This document shows, piece after piece, positions 13,790 through 28,100 of a stretch of 64,000 nucleotides of DNA (within the stretch, counting starts at the first letter, position 1; each line of letters starts with the position of its first letter). The notes beneath the pieces were generated by a model that saw nothing but the letters and a program-made list of their open reading frames with translations, did no database searches and had not been told where the DNA came from. The translations under genes were made by a program, and so were the position numbers. Location: positions 248,001-312,000 of the forward strand of contig NW_025765237.1 of assembly GCF_003918875.1 (NCBI RefSeq). The letters run 5' to 3'. This DNA is from Haliotis rubra. Its lineage: Eukaryota.

Positions 13790-14764
13790 GTCTCACCCTG
13801 TCTCTACCAAGTCTCAGCTCATACCTACGACATCTCCCCAAATATCTACCAAGTCTCACCACATATCAACCGAATCTCACCCTATATCTACCAAGCCTCA
13901 CCCTGTCCACCAAGTCTCACCTCGTTTCTACCAAATCTCAAACCATATTTACCAAATCTCACCCTACATGAACTAAGTCTCACCCTCTATGTACCAAGTC
14001 TCACCCTGTATGAACCAAGTCTCACCCTGTATGAACCAAGTCTCACCCTGTATTAACCAAGCCTCACCCTGTATGAACCAAGGCTCACCTTGTATGAACC
14101 AAGTCTCACCCCATATCTACCTAGTGTCACCATGTATGAACCAAGTCTCACCTTGTATGAACCAAGTCTCACCCTGTATGAACCAAGTCTCACCCTGTAT
14201 GAACCAAGTCTCACCCATATCTACCAAGTGTCACCATGTATGAACCAAGTCTCACATTGTATGAACCAAGCCTCATCCTGTATGAACCAAGTCTCACCCT
14301 GTATGAACCAAGTCTCACCTTGTATGAACCAAGTCTCACCCCATATCTACCAAGTCTCACCCCATATCTACCAAGTCTCACCCTGTATGAACCAAGTCTC
14401 ACCCTGTATGAACCAAGTCTCACCCCATATCTACCAAGTCCCACCCTGTATGAACCAAGTCTCACCCTGTATGAACCAAGTCTCACCCTGTATGAACCAA
14501 GTCTCACCCATATCTACCAAGTGTCACCATGTATGAACCAAGTCTCACACCTCATCCTGTATGAACCAAGTCTCACCCTGTATGAACCAAGTCTCACCTT
14601 GTAATGAACCAAGTCTCACCCCATATCTACCAAGTCTCACCCCATATCTACCAAGTCTCACCCTGTATGAACCAAGTCTCACCCTGTATGAACCAAGTCT
14701 CACCCCATATCTACCAAGTCCCACCCTGTATGAACCAAGTCTCACCCTGTATGAACCAAGTCTC
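13790..14764. repeat. 21-bp minisatellite (CCAAGTCTCACCCTGTATGAA, with CCCATATCTA variants)
   Basis: Degenerate at the left, homogeneous at the right. Confidence 0.95.
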
Positions 14765-15240
14765 GGTTTAGCCACATATACGTACGAACCCCAGGCTCCA
14801 TCTTTATCTCAGCCATCACTGTGAGCAACACGGACAGATGAAAGTACAAGTCTGAGACGCAGTCTACAATCACTGCCTAATGTGTTAGACAAAACGCCTG
14901 TAATTTGCTACAAATCAAGGCCAGGCGAGAGACCTACTTAAGGCACTGATTCCACATGTCCTGTGATCTGTTCTGTCATTGGAAGAAAAAAACATCCAAT
15001 CAGCCCAAATCAATAAAGTGTTTATTGGCTTAGTCGACAGGACTGGGGCTAGAACCATCTGTGTAAATGACTGACCAACACATGACACAATAGGCCCCTT
15101 GGCCCAGACACACACTGCCAGTGTTTTGTTATTTCTGTCAATCTTTGATCAACTTGGAGTGGTCCTAAAGGTGTCTCTCATCCAGATATAGCTAGTGATA
15201 GGGTAAGGTAGCAACTGAACGCTCTGTAGTCTGATTATGT

Positions 15241-15254
15241 GGGAGAGAAAGAGG

Positions 15255-15288
<34 letters not shown>

Positions 15289-15390
15289 TTTAGTTTTACG
15301 CCGACTCAGCAATATTCCAGCTATATGGCAGGAGAGAGAGAGAAAGATGAGAAAGAGGGAGAGAGTGGGAAAGAGAGAGAGAAAGAGAAG
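15241..15390. repeat. (GA)n-rich microsatellite containing a short SINE tail fragment
   Basis: GA runs flank GTTTAGTTTTACGCCGACTCAGCAATATTCCAGC. Confidence 0.85.
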
Positions 15391-15805
15391 TGAACACTGT
15401 ACAGTACAAGTACGGTATCATACAGTACAGTAATGTACAGTGCCAAGAGTACAATAATGTACAATAATGTACAGTACAAGTACAATATCACGCAGGACAA
15501 TGATGTACAATACTGTACAGTACAATGGTGTACATTACTGTACAGTACAGTGAAGTATAGTATATCTACAAATCATTTGTATGAAAACACAGGCAAATAT
15601 CAGCGCATATCTCCTGATTAACAACTCATGATGCTTGCCACTTCCACTTATTGCCTGTGACGTCTGTGTAACTCTCGACAGACGTGCAGCTTGAGAGGCA
15701 CTGACATGCAAGGCTAGGGGCCATTGTCAAGACATAGTTGTACCACAAATAACCAAAATGACAAACACTGTTCTCTGATGCCCTCTACAGATGGGTGCTT
15801 GTCTC

Positions 15806-15960
15806 GAGTGAGTGAGTGACCTGCAGTGTACACCGTGAGGTGTAATATTCCTGTAATTTCCCACTAGAGACACCAGAAACAGGCTTCACACTGAGTGCCC
15901 TGTGGAGAATTGAACCTAGGCCTTCTGCATGTCGAGCAACACATGGCTAACCCATTTCCC
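15806..15960 (-). mobile_element. Old degenerate SINE-A
   Basis: (GAGT)n tail, GACACCAGAAACAGGCTTCACA body and decayed B-box. Confidence 0.6.
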
Positions 15961-16431
15961 TGGCCTTGTAACGAGGCTTATGAATATCAGTCCTTGGCTA
16001 AATCACACCAACAACATAAATATCACAGGTTCTCCCAATTACTCTTAATTTCCACACAATTGACCATGCACATGAAGATTTCCTCCTCGTGAAGCCCTTC
16101 AATTAGCACATGACGATGAAGTGATCCCTGACTCCTGACACTCTGATCTCCCCATCCTACAGCAGTGACATCCATACCTACACATCTCCTGAAGCCAAAC
16201 ACTTCACCCTGACTGTTCTCCTGTAGTAATACCTGCAATTGAGGGATTGATGGATGGCCCAATGATACGGTGCAGCCACTGGGGAGGAGCTGCTTCAAAA
16301 CAATGATAATATTCACAGCACGTCATGCGACAGGTGACATACCAAATTGGAAATAACGGTGTCCTCATGGTAATTGTGGCACAGCCAAGGACGCTAAGGG
16401 AGGGGGTGATGAGACAGATAGGGAGGGGTCT

Positions 16432-16550
16432 GAGTGAGTGAGTGAGTGAGTGAGTGTGACAGTGTGAGTGAGTGAGACAATGTGAGTGAGTTCAAGTCTG
16501 AGTGATGGGTGAGACAGTGATTCAATGTGTGAGACAGTAGATGGTAAATC

Positions 16551-16582
<32 letters not shown>

Positions 16583-16880
16583 AGACTGAGAGAGACTGTG
16601 AGTGTCTGTGTGTGTGCACGAAAGCATGCGCGATAAAAGCGTGTGTGTGTGAGAGTGAGAGAGACAGAGACAATGAATGAGAGAGAGACAGTGAGTGAGA
16701 GAAAGAAAGAGAGAGACAGTGAATGAGAAAAAGAGAGAGAGACAGTGAGAGAGAGAGAGAGAGAGACAGTGAGTGAGTGAGAGAAAGACAGTAAGTGAGA
16801 GAAAGAGAGATAGAGAGAGAGTGAGAGAGAGAGAGACAGTGAGACAGTGAGTGAGAGAAAGAAAGAGAGTGAGACAGTGA
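16432..16880. repeat. Compound (GAGT)n/(GT)n/(GA)n microsatellite running into an assembly gap
   Basis: Seen directly. Confidence 0.9.
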
Positions 16881-17019
16881 NNNNNNNNNNNNNNNNNNNN
16901 NNNNNNNNNNNNNNNNNNNNNNNNNNNNNNNNNNNNNNNNNNNNNNNNNNNNNNNNNNNNNNNNNNNNNNNNNNNNNNNNNNNNNNNNNNNNNNNNNNNN
17001 NNNNNNNNNNNNNNNNNNN
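16881..17019. other. Assembly gap
   Basis: Run of N. Confidence 1.
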
Positions 17020-18259
17020 AGACAATAAGATATTGAGTCACACTGACTCCCATTGGCCACCTATTTGTGCTACAAGACACCAGCTCCCTCTTGCAGAATA
17101 TACTGATAGTTGTGCTGCAAACACCAATCACCAGGAATCAATCAATAGCCCATACCAACTGTTACATAAAGCAAACTATGCAGTACAGCAATACTTCAGG
17201 ATTTGGTAACACCACGCAGGGTCTATCTAGGATCCACACTAAGTGCCTAAGTGCAAACTAGGAAACAAATGGCTGCCTTGTTCAGAAATGGAATTTTTTC
17301 AATGATTCCTTCATACATGTAATTTCAGAGGAATTTGTAAATTTTTATTTCAAATTGGTACACTGACATTTTACTGCACACATGGGTCCAAACAGAGTCA
17401 TGTGAACAAAATAACCCTGGCTGGTACTACAGTGTGTGGGTCAGTTGAAATACATGATGGTCATGACAGGGCCATGAAGATACCACAGGCACTGGCACCC
17501 TTGTTCTCTTCAGGATTTGAGTCAAGATTATCTTAATCAATGGTAAGGGTCCCCTGACTTTCATTATTATTTCAGACAACAGGTGCTTGCAGTTGTGACC
17601 ATTCACTGTCAGCATGGCTCGCTGTAGTACAGGGTGCACTAACTGTTGACTGAGGCTTTGCAGCAGCAGCAGCAGCAGCACAGATGTTGCACATTGCTGC
17701 GTGGTGCTTGGCATGTCGGTACACCTACAGAAACAACCCACTCGTATTCCAACCATTCCTAACAATTACGACAGTCATCTCTCAAAATAAGGTCATTTTA
17801 AAGCCTTATGAAAATAATCCCCCTTTCACAAAAAACAAATTCAATTTCTTTGATGTATCAATCTTTCAAGTTTGACGTAAAGTTCTCCTCTGAGGAAAAG
17901 CAAGCACACGTTACAACTAATGCAAAACAAAGACCAGAAGAGGTTCCATAAAAACAGAATGGTGTGCCATGAAGGAGCCTCCATGATTGATGCCATATAG
18001 ATAAGGCATGGCTTTTCCATTTCGTGGGGACTCCGCCAAAAGAACTGCGTATCTTGTGTTATCTCTGTGAAGAAGCTGCTTTCCTCAGCACTAAGTATTG
18101 GCAGCATGCCGACATTGGTCGTCAGCTGAACAGATTTACCTTTAGACATAGGAGGGGGTGAGGGGGTGGGGGGCAGGCTTTGGGTTCCTGGCCACCGAAT
18201 TCCTAGGTCTCAGAGACTTTCAGAGGAATTCCGCTGTCTAGGAAATCCACTGTCTACAA

Positions 18260-18715
18260 CTTGATTCAGGGGAGCTCCACTCTCTTTTACTCAATTCAGG
18301 GGAGCTCCAAGGTCACCAAGTTGGTTCATGGCAGGTCTTCTCTCTCAGACCCAATTCAGGGCATGTCCACTCTCTCAGACCCAATTCAGTGTGGGTCCAC
18401 TCTCTCAGACCCAATTCAGGGTGGGTCCACTCTCTTTGGCCTAATTCAGGGCATGTCCACTCTCTCGGACCCAATTCATAACATGTCCACTTTCTCGGAC
18501 CCAATTCAGGGCATGTCCACTTTCTCTTGACCCAATTCAGGGTGGGTCAACTCTCTCGGACCCAACCCAGGGCATGTCCACTCTCTCCAACCCAATTCAG
18601 GGCATGTCCACTCTCTCGACCCAATTCAGGGTGGGTCCACTCTCTCGGACCCAATTCAGGGCATGTCCACTCTCTCGGACCCAAATCAGTGCATGTCCAC
18701 TCTCGCGGATTCGAT
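18260..18715. repeat. 30-bp minisatellite (CCCAATTCAGGGCATGTCCACTCTCTCGGA)
   Basis: About 15 copies. Confidence 0.92.
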
Positions 18716-19381
18716 TCAGAAGATTCTGCATAATTTCCGTCGTCCTTTACTACTTTACAACTACTACCATTGTGTTCCATCCATCCGAGACTTACAGTAC
18801 ACCGCCTAAACACATTCCACAAGTTTCATAAAACATTTCTATTTTCAAAATGAAAACACAAATCAATAAAGGATGCATCAAATGAATAGCATCAAAACAA
18901 TTCCCAGAGTTCCTAGTTGTAAACTCCATGACATAATGTCAAGCTATTCCAAAACGTCATGGCAATTCTAGAACACAGCTAAAACAGGTAGAATGTCTTC
19001 CAATGAAGGTTTGCAGACAAGCCAGGTCAGAGTTGACATCAATCCCAATGTATAGTGGTGAGAAGTGATGGATGTCAACTTCTTTACTTTGAGTTTCTAC
19101 TATTGTTGGGAATTGGTTGAAACCTTACAATTGATAATTGGTTCATTACCAACAAGCAATCATCGAAAAAAAATTGCTTCATTTTTCATATTTTCCTGTT
19201 CTGGTTGTTATTGCAGATAAGTACAATGTGGTTTTCTGTTGTTGTTCTTTGTTTTATTTAGGAACTGCACAAATTGCATTTGCAAATTTCACATCCCATG
19301 TAAAATGATGCAACTTGCTACTCTAAAGTGATGACTAATATATCATGAACATAAACTTCCTAGAACTTCAAGAAATATTCA

Positions 19382-19661
19382 CAGACATGCCAACCCTAAT
19401 TTAGTCCAATTAGTATTTTGGCCAAAAACTGATTCCAAAATGTGTATTTGTTGGACAAAATTAGTATTAACTTTTCCAAAGAATTTTCATATTAAATAAA
19501 AAAATATATATATATAGTCTAAGACCTTGTTTAACGTTGTACTCAACCAAAAATCAGTAATTTATATAGCTTGATATTAAATAAAATGCTATTTATATAA
19601 TTTAATGTATTTTTTCTTTTAAATCATATATTTTTACTGTCCTAAGATGGGTTGGCCTATG
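19382..19661. mobile_element. AT-rich MITE-like insertion nested in the hAT element
   Basis: Absent from the 51195 copy; imperfect inverted ends CAGACATGCCAACCC / GGGTTGGCCTATG. Confidence 0.5.
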
Positions 19662-19739
19662 TTATTACTTTTCAGTAAGTGAAGTTTTCGAAGTAAACAC
19701 GTGTCACAACTTCAACTAAATCAGTAGTAAAGTATCCAC

Positions 19740-20017
19740 AAATATGGTACTTGTTGGTCCCTGCCTGGCTTCATTAATGGGTACAACAAAAGGACTGGTC
19801 GAATTAACGTTGCTCGGAGTCAGTATAATGTGTCTGAGTGGGGTATTCATGCTTCATTGCGGCATGGTATCTCAGTGGGCTAGCACTATAAAACCAGCTT
19901 AAGTCTGGGCTAGTACAAGCAGTCGCACATACACATACACGCGCATGCACGTCGTCATATGAGCGAAATATTCTCAAGCACAACGTTAAACCCAATTTCA
20001 CCTCACCTCACCTCACC
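19740..20017 (+). mobile_element. 5'-truncated SINE with V-domain-like core and (CACCT)n tail, nested in the hAT element
   Basis: GCTCGGAGTCAGTATAATGTGTCTGAGTGGGG...CAGTGGGCTAGCACTATAAAA resembles V-domain SINE cores (from recollection). The 3' end GAAATATTCTC...CGTTAAAC is followed by a simple-repeat tail. Confidence 0.6.
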
Positions 20018-20437
20018 TTCAAACATTAAAACAGCAGTCCCAAAATCGTTTGTGTTCGATTATGAAAAAAATGTGATCGATTGTTTGGTCGTTGGGTCGA
20101 AAAACTTCGGACTTGCTACGATGAAAAAATCGAATCGGACATGATCGATTGTTTGCAGTTCCAAAATCGTTTGTGTTCGATTATGAAAAAAATGTGATCG
20201 ATTGTTTGGTCGTTGGGTCACTGCGACCAATCTTCGATTATTTCAATTAATTGGAATACCACTAGTTTCTACTCCGATGTTTCGGGGGACATTCTCACTC
20301 CTTCATCACCTGAACACTGTGTCCCTCAAAATAATGAAGGGGACATCGTCTTAATGTGTATCACTTCTAAATGTCGTTCAAACGACTTAGTACCATTGTA
20401 TGTGGCAATGTTAACATGTTTATCATTCTATAGCTCT

Positions 20438-20640
20438 TTTGTTGTTAAACCCCACACTCAGCAATGTCATAGCAGTCTGAAAATAATTAAGTTTGAACCA
20501 GACATTCCAGTGAGTAATATCATGAGCATTGGAACACAATGATATCCATGAATCAAGTCTGTCAGCGTGACCATCCGATCCTCATGTCGGTCACCTCTTA
20601 CGATGTACATGGTCTGGTGAAGACACACACTAAACCAGGC
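20438..20640 (-). mobile_element. Degenerate SINE-B
   Basis: Contains CACACTCAGCAAT, ACCAGACATTCCAGTGA, GACCATCCGATCC and CCTCTTACGA motifs in family order. Confidence 0.6.
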
Positions 20641-22449
20641 ATTCAGTGTAATTTTATTGTAAATCATAACCAAACATTTTGGCACAAGAAATATCCTGTA
20701 ATTTCTAGCTTACTTGATATTTTATTTAAACAGCATCAAAAATAGATCTGATATTCTGTTTCACTTCTGAAACATTATAAAATTGGATCTAAACATTTGT
20801 TCATTTCAGTCATGACCAAAATACAATGTTCACCTCGATAACCTCATTCTAAAGTTTCTGTAAACTTTTCACACCCTGTAATATCTTCCATGGAGCGGGG
20901 ACAGACATTGCTATCTCATCTATATCTCCCCTTGTCATTATGACAAATATAGCCCAGGTTTGGGGCTGGTTTAATCCCCTCTGTCTCCTTCAGATTAGGC
21001 AATCTGTCTTAATTCAGCAGGTCTACATACGGCTACAATGCCCACTCTGGTATGGATGCAGTCCAATCACAGAACACCAGCAACCTCATGGTGACATTAA
21101 GGATTACAGGTCATTTGGCGTCGATTTCAGCGTCGTCTGTTTTGAAACATTTGATACATTCAAATTCAGTTGCTATTTCTTCATCATGAATTAATTGTTT
21201 TCATCCTCTAACAGCTCATTAGCAGCTACACGGAAACACGGCAGCTCCCGTTGCATGTTATCTGTGGCTGATGGAAGATGGAGAAGGGATGATTCTGGAG
21301 TAACTCACTAATTTGAGCTGATCAATAAAAACATGAACATCAAATTTCACTGCTCTCAGTTGAAACAGATCAATTACGTACGCCTTCGGAGAATTTTAGC
21401 TTCGGTTTATGTTTGAAAAACTAAACACTTCAAACTCTGCCTGTGATTGGGCAGGTTTTATAGACATCAAATTAGCAAAATTAGTTCCTTGTAGGAAATA
21501 TTTGAAAAAAACACCAAAAAAGAAGACAAATTAATTCCTCTCAAGATAGATTTGTCCTTAAGAGTCAAATTTCAGTGAAAAGCAAAAATGTTTTCTTTAA
21601 AGCAACAACATTTACAAATAATATAACTACACAAGACTAACGTCACTGATAGGCTTGAACAGGAAATAGTTCCTACTAGTTTTTCTTATCAGTTAAATTT
21701 TCACTTTAAAAGCTTGAACACATACACGTTTTACACATGGAGTCTAAATGTCAGTTTCTGTGCTACAGATATTAACAGCTAACTCATCCGTCAAATCTTA
21801 TTAAAATTACATCGAAATGGTTAAACATCTATTTACAGATAAGTAAAATTATTATAACCATGAACAGGTAAATGTTACTTTAAATGGAATGTGATGGTTG
21901 ACTGATTAATTAGAAAGTGTGTATATCTAGCAAGAAGCAAGAAGCTCTCCATTCTGTCGGGGAGAGATTGTATTAGATGTCTGCAAGAAGCCATCAACAG
22001 GTCACCTTGATGGGCTGAATGTAGTTGTCTTCCTATGTCCTCAGTCCGGGTCAGAACTGAAAAGTCCCCTCGGGACCCAGCTTATCTAAAAGAGTTTACT
22101 AAAATGAGAATTGGGTGGGTATGATGTCTGATCCAGCTAACCTACACTGTCTGGGCCTGCTTGTGTCTTCTACCACTGCCTGTTCTGGATTAATGATAAG
22201 CCACTCCAAGACTGCACTCCAAGATGTGTGCTGGCTAAAAGACTGTGCCAAGGAACACACATAACTTTATGGGCAACAACTGCTGGTCTACAGCATTTAT
22301 CAACATTTTCATGTAGATTCCTACACCAGCCTGATATCAGTAACGAAAATTACATTCAAACATTGTAGATGCTACAAACAAGAAGCTGTTCCATCAAGTT
22401 GCATCTTTCTTATGTACATTCCAATTTCTAAAATGCACAATAATGCAAA

Positions 22450-23130
22450 ACAAGCCTCACCCACTCTCACACCATTCAACACAATACTGCGACACAAGCC
22501 TCACCCACTCTCACACCATTCAACACAATACTGCGACACAAGCCTCACCCACTCTCACACCATTCAACACAATACTGCGACACAAGCCTCACCCACTCTC
22601 ACACCATTCAACACAATACAGAAACACAAGCCTCACCCAATCTACCATCATTCAACACAAGCCTCACCCACTCTACCATCATTCAACACAATACTGCAAC
22701 ACAAGCCTCACCCAGTCTACCATCATTCAACACAAGCCCCACCCACTCTCACACCATTCAACACACTCTCACTCACCACCATTCAACACAATACTGCAAC
22801 ACAAGCCTCACCCACTCTCACATCATTCAACACAATACTGCAACACAAGCCTCACCCAGTCTACCATCATTCAACACAAGCCTCACCCACTCTACCATCA
22901 TTCAACACAATACAGCAGCACAAGCCTCACCCAGTCTACCATCATTCAACAGAATCAACACAATACAGCAGCAAAAGCCTCACCCAGTCTACCATCATTC
23001 AACAGAATACTGCAGCACAAGCCTCACCCAGTCTACCATCATTCAACAGAATACTGCAGCAAAAGCCTCACCCAGTCTACCATCATTCAACACAATACTG
23101 CAGCAAAAGCCTCACCCAGTCTACCATCAA
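22450..23130. repeat. ~44-bp minisatellite (CACAAGCCTCACCCACTCTCACACCATTCAACACAATACTGCGA)
   Basis: Full and shortened units. Confidence 0.93.
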
Positions 23131-23439
23131 ATCATCAAGAACCAGTAGTTTATCTGTTTGGTGCTGCCTATTTAACACATTTGCTGGAGCAGGCAGTCAA
23201 ATGCCACAGAATCACAAGCGTTTGATTTCATTTTCCAGATCTCTACCAGAGCTATGGAGTGTGGTTACATTCCAGCTGACCGTACACCAACAGCTAAAAG
23301 GTTTGACTACATTAGCTTAAGCCTCACGGGTTTTCTCAGAGCCTTTCTACAATGTATTAAGAGATAATGTTTAAAAACTCCTTTGTCAGAGACAAAATAA
23401 TTGTCATTGGTTCAATGGTTCAATGGTTTGCACTTGCGA

Positions 23440-23850
23440 GTTCAGTGGTTTGGGCAACCTGGTTCAGTGGTTTGAGCCACCTTGTTCACTGGTTTGGGCC
23501 ACCTTGTTCATTAGTTTGGGCCACCTGGTTCACTGGTTTGGGCCACCTGGATCAATGGTTTGAGCCACCTGGTCCACTGGTTTGGGCCACCTTGTTCACT
23601 GGTTTGAGCCACCTTGTTCATTAGTTTGGGCCACCTGGTTCACTGGTTTGGGCCACCTGGTTCAATGGTTTGAGCCACCTTCTTCATAAGTTTGGGCCAC
23701 CTGGATCAATGGTTTGAGCCACCTGGTTCACTGGTTTGGGCCACCTGGATCAATGCTTTGAGCCACCTTCTTCATAAGTTTGGGCCACTTGGTTCCATGG
23801 TTTGAGCCAGTTAGTTCTGTGGTTTCGGACACCTTGTTCAATGGTTTGAG
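23440..23850. repeat. 22-bp minisatellite (GGTTCACTGGTTTGGGCCACCT)
   Basis: About 18 variable copies. Confidence 0.9.
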
Positions 23851-25104
23851 TTTCATGATAATGGTTAACATTCCTCGAGCATGGCTGAAAATCATCCGCG
23901 GAAAGTAGCCATTTCACACAAATGTGAGGCGGAATGTCCATTAAGCACTGTGGTGGTGGTGTCTGCAGGGACCTTCTCAAAACCCTGATGTGTATTTATG
24001 GTGTACACTGACCTCTCAGTGGCTTCCTGACATTCTGTAACCTTTGTACTAATTGGCATCACATGTGTACATCATATGTACATCTGTTGAAAGGTGCTCA
24101 GGGACTACACAGTGTGCAGGTTATCTCACTGACACGGAGGTGAGTGGTGGGGGAAAGGGGAAGGGGGGAGATATGTTTATGTTTGCGGGAGCAACAATTC
24201 ATCATAAGTTTTTTATAAAAAATATTCCATGTAAGTCTACAATAATTGACAAATTTACATATCTTCATTATAAGTACCTGAAAATGAAGATATTCTCTGG
24301 TCTCCTGTTACGTAACATATAAAAGACAACATAACGAATAAACCCTTGAATATCATCATTTCAGAGACAGTTAGTCTGGCTTTTGTCACTAAAGCCACAA
24401 AGAGGATTACTCGGACTAACATTGGTACATTATTTACAGGGTCTTACAGAAATAATGCTATAAAGGAACCCTTGAGTCTCGTTATTTGCTACAGCTGGGG
24501 AGGAGTATCGTCTGCTGGAGCAGTGGAATGGGGGTGAATGGTCTGTCAGGTATATATGTTCAGGAGTCTGTCAGAGACCCTGTGGGGTGGGATGGTTTCA
24601 TATAGGTTAGGGTAGGGAGGATGGATGGCAGGAGAGATGGGGAGCTGGTGTGGGATCTTAAAATATCATAAATATGTTCCATGTTGGAGTTGACGATTTG
24701 TTGCTGGAAATGTTCCTGCTTCCTATACTCAGGCCATTGCAAATTTCACTAAAATATATTTGAACCATAAGTGAAGCCACATCTTTCGATTGTGAAGTTT
24801 GTCATCAACATCTGAAAAGATGTGATACCAGTATAAGATTATACCAAGGATGGAAAGTTGCCTGACAAGTCAAGCCATGAAAGGTCAGGGGTAACATGGA
24901 GGAGATGGTGTTGGTTCAGATGAGATGGACGTGCACCTGTCTCTCCAGGTGAGATAGACGAGCACCTGTCTGTCCAGGTGAGACAACAAGCGGAGGCAGG
25001 CAGGAATGACCACCATGTAGCATGTTGCTCGTAGAAATGTTTGGAGCATCGTCTGTCTGAGGTACATGAATAAAGACAGGGTATTGGATACGACCATAGT
25101 ACAC

Positions 25105-28100
25105 TCAGACGGTGTCACTGTTGCTCAGATGGTGTCACTATAAGATCGCGTCACTGTCAGATGGGGTCAATGTCACTATAAGATAGTGTCACTGTTGCTC
25201 AGATGGTGTCACTGTCAGATAGTGTCACTGTTGCTCAGATGGTGTCACTGTTGCTCAGATGATGTCAGTGTCACTGTTGCTCAGATGGTGTCACTGTTGC
25301 TCAGATGGTGTCACTGTTGCTCAGATGGTGTCACTGTTGCTCAGATGATGTCACTGTCAGATGGTGTCACTGTTGCTCAGATGGTGTCACTGTTGCTCAG
25401 ATGGTGTCACTGTTGCTCAGATGGTGTCACTGTTGCTCAGATGGTGTCACTGTCAGATAGTGTCACTGTTGCTCAGATGGTGTCACTGTTGCTCAGATGA
25501 TGTCACTATAAGATGGCGTCACTGTCAGATGGGGTCAATGTCACTATCAGATAGTGTCACTGTTGCTCAGATGGTGTCACTGTCTGTCAGATGTCACTGT
25601 CAGATAGCTCACTGTTGCTCAGATGGTGTCACTGTTGCTCAGATGGTGTCACTGTTGCTCAGATGATGTCACTATCAGATGGCATCACTGTCAGATGGGG
25701 TCAATGTCACTATCAGATGGTGTCACTGTTGCTCAGATAGTGTCACTGTTGCTCAGATGGTGTCACTGTTGCTCAGATGGTGTCACTGTCAGATAGTGTC
25801 ACTGTTGCTCAGATGGTGTCACTGTTGCTCAGATGATGTCACTATAAGATGGCGTCACTGTCAGATGGGGTCAATGTCACTATCAGATAGTGTCACTGTT
25901 GCTCAGATGGTGTCACTGTCAGATAGTGTCACTGTTGCTCAGATGGTGTCACTGTTGCTCAGATGATGTCACTGTTGCTCAGATGGTGTCACTGTTGCTC
26001 AGATGATGTCACTATAAGATGGCATCACTGTCAGATGGGGTCAATGTCACTATCAGATAGTGTCACTGTTGCTCAGATAGTGTCACTGTTGCTCAGATGG
26101 TGTCACTGTTGCTCAGATGATGTCACTGTCAGATGGCGTCACTGTCAGATGGGGTCAATGTCACTATCAGATAGTGTCACTGTTGCTCAGATGGTGTCAC
26201 TGTCAGATGGTGTCACTGTTGCTCAGATGGTGTCACTGTCAGATGGTGTCACTGTTGCTCAGATGGTGTCACTGTTGGGTGTCACTGTTGCTCAGATGAT
26301 GTCACTATAAGATGGCATCACTGTCAGATGGTGTCAATGTCACTATCAGATAGTGTCACTGTTGCTCAGATGGTGTCACTGTTGCTCAGATGGTGTCACT
26401 GTTGCTCAGATGGTGTCACTGTTGCTCAGATGGTGTCACTGTTGCTCAGATGGTGTCACTGTTGCTCAGATGGTGTCACTGTTGCTCAGATGGTGTCACT
26501 GTCAGATGGTGTCACTGTTGCTCAGATGGTGTCACTGTCAGATAGTGTCACTGTTGCTCAGATGGTGTCACTGTCAGATGGTGTCACTGTTGCTGGTGTC
26601 ACTGTCAGATGGTGTCACTGTTGCTCAGATGATGTCACTGTCAGATAGTGTCACTGTTGCTCAGATGGTGTCACTGTTGCTCAGATAGTGTCACTGTTGC
26701 TCAGATAGTGTCACTGTTGCTCACATGGTGTCATTGTTGCTCAGATGGTGTCACTGTCAGATAGTGTCACTGTTGCTCAGATGATGTCACTTTTGCTCAG
26801 ATGGTGACACTGTCAGATGGTGTCACTGTTGCTCAGATGGTGTCACTGTTGCTCAGATGGTGTCACTGTTGCTCAGATGATGTCACTGTTGCTCAGATAG
26901 TGTCACTGCCAGATGGTGTCACTCTCAGTCAGATGGTGTCACTGTCAGATAGTGTCACTGTTGCTCAGATGGTGTCACTGTCAGATGGTGTCACTGTTGC
27001 TCAGATGATGTCACTGTTGCTCAGATGGTGTCACTGTTGCTCAGATGGTGTCACTGTCAAATGGTGTCAATGTCAGTCAGATGGTGTCACTGTCAGATGG
27101 TGTCACTGTCAGATAGTGTCACTGTTGCTCAGATGGTGTCACTGTTGCTCAGATGATGTCACTGTTGCTCAGATGGTGTCACTGTTGCTCAGATGGTGTC
27201 ACTCTCAGTCAGATGGTGTCACTGTTGCTCAGATGGTGTCACTCTCAGTCAGATGGTGTCACTATTGCTCAGATGATGTCACTGTTGCTCAGATGGTGAC
27301 ACTGGCAGATGGTGTCACTGTTGCTCAGATGGTATCACTGTCAGTCAGATGGTGACACTGTCAGATAGTGTAACTGTCACTCAGATGGTGTCACTGTCAG
27401 ATGGTGTCACTATCAGATGGTGTCACTGTTGCTCAGATGGTGTCACTGTTGCTCAGATGGTGTCACTGTTGCTCAGATGGTGTCACTATTGCTCAGATGA
27501 TGTCACTGTTGCTCAGATGGTGACACTGGCAGATGGTGTCACTGTTGCTCAGATGGTATCACTATCAGTCAGATGGTGACACTGTCAGATAGTGTAACTG
27601 TTGCTCAGATGATGTCACTGTTGCTCAGATGATGTCACTGTTGCTCAGATGGTGTCACTGTTGCTCAGATGGTGTCACTCTCAGTCAGATGGTGTCACTG
27701 TTGCTCAGATGGTGTCACTATTGCTCAGATGATGTCACTGTTGCTCAGATGGTGACACTGGCAGATGGTGTCACTGTTGCTCAGATGGTATCACTGTCAG
27801 TCAGATGGTGACACTGTCAGATAGTGTAACTGTCACTCAGATGGTGTCACTGTCAGATGGTGTCACTATCAGATGGTGTCACTGTTGCTCAGATGGTGTC
27901 ACTGTTGCTCAGATGGTGTCACTGTTGCTCAGATGGTGTCACTGTTGCTCAGATGGTGTCACTGTCAGATGGTGTCACTGTTGCTCAGATGGTGTCACTG
28001 TTGCTCAGATGGTGTCACTGTTGCTCAGATGGTGTCACTCTCAGTCAGATGGTGTCACTATTGCTCAGATGATGTCACTGTTGCTCAGATGGTGACACTG

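Larger units (their letters stand above)
19101..20264. mobile_element. Non-autonomous hAT-like element with nested insertions
   Basis: Perfect 8-bp TSD GTTTCTAC (19093-19100 and 20265-20272); termini TA[T/G]TGTTG...CCACTA; collinear with the shorter copy at 51195. Confidence 0.8.

Noticed and set aside
22412-23320. 302-aa and 260-aa ORFs
   Set aside because: Translations of the 44-bp minisatellite.
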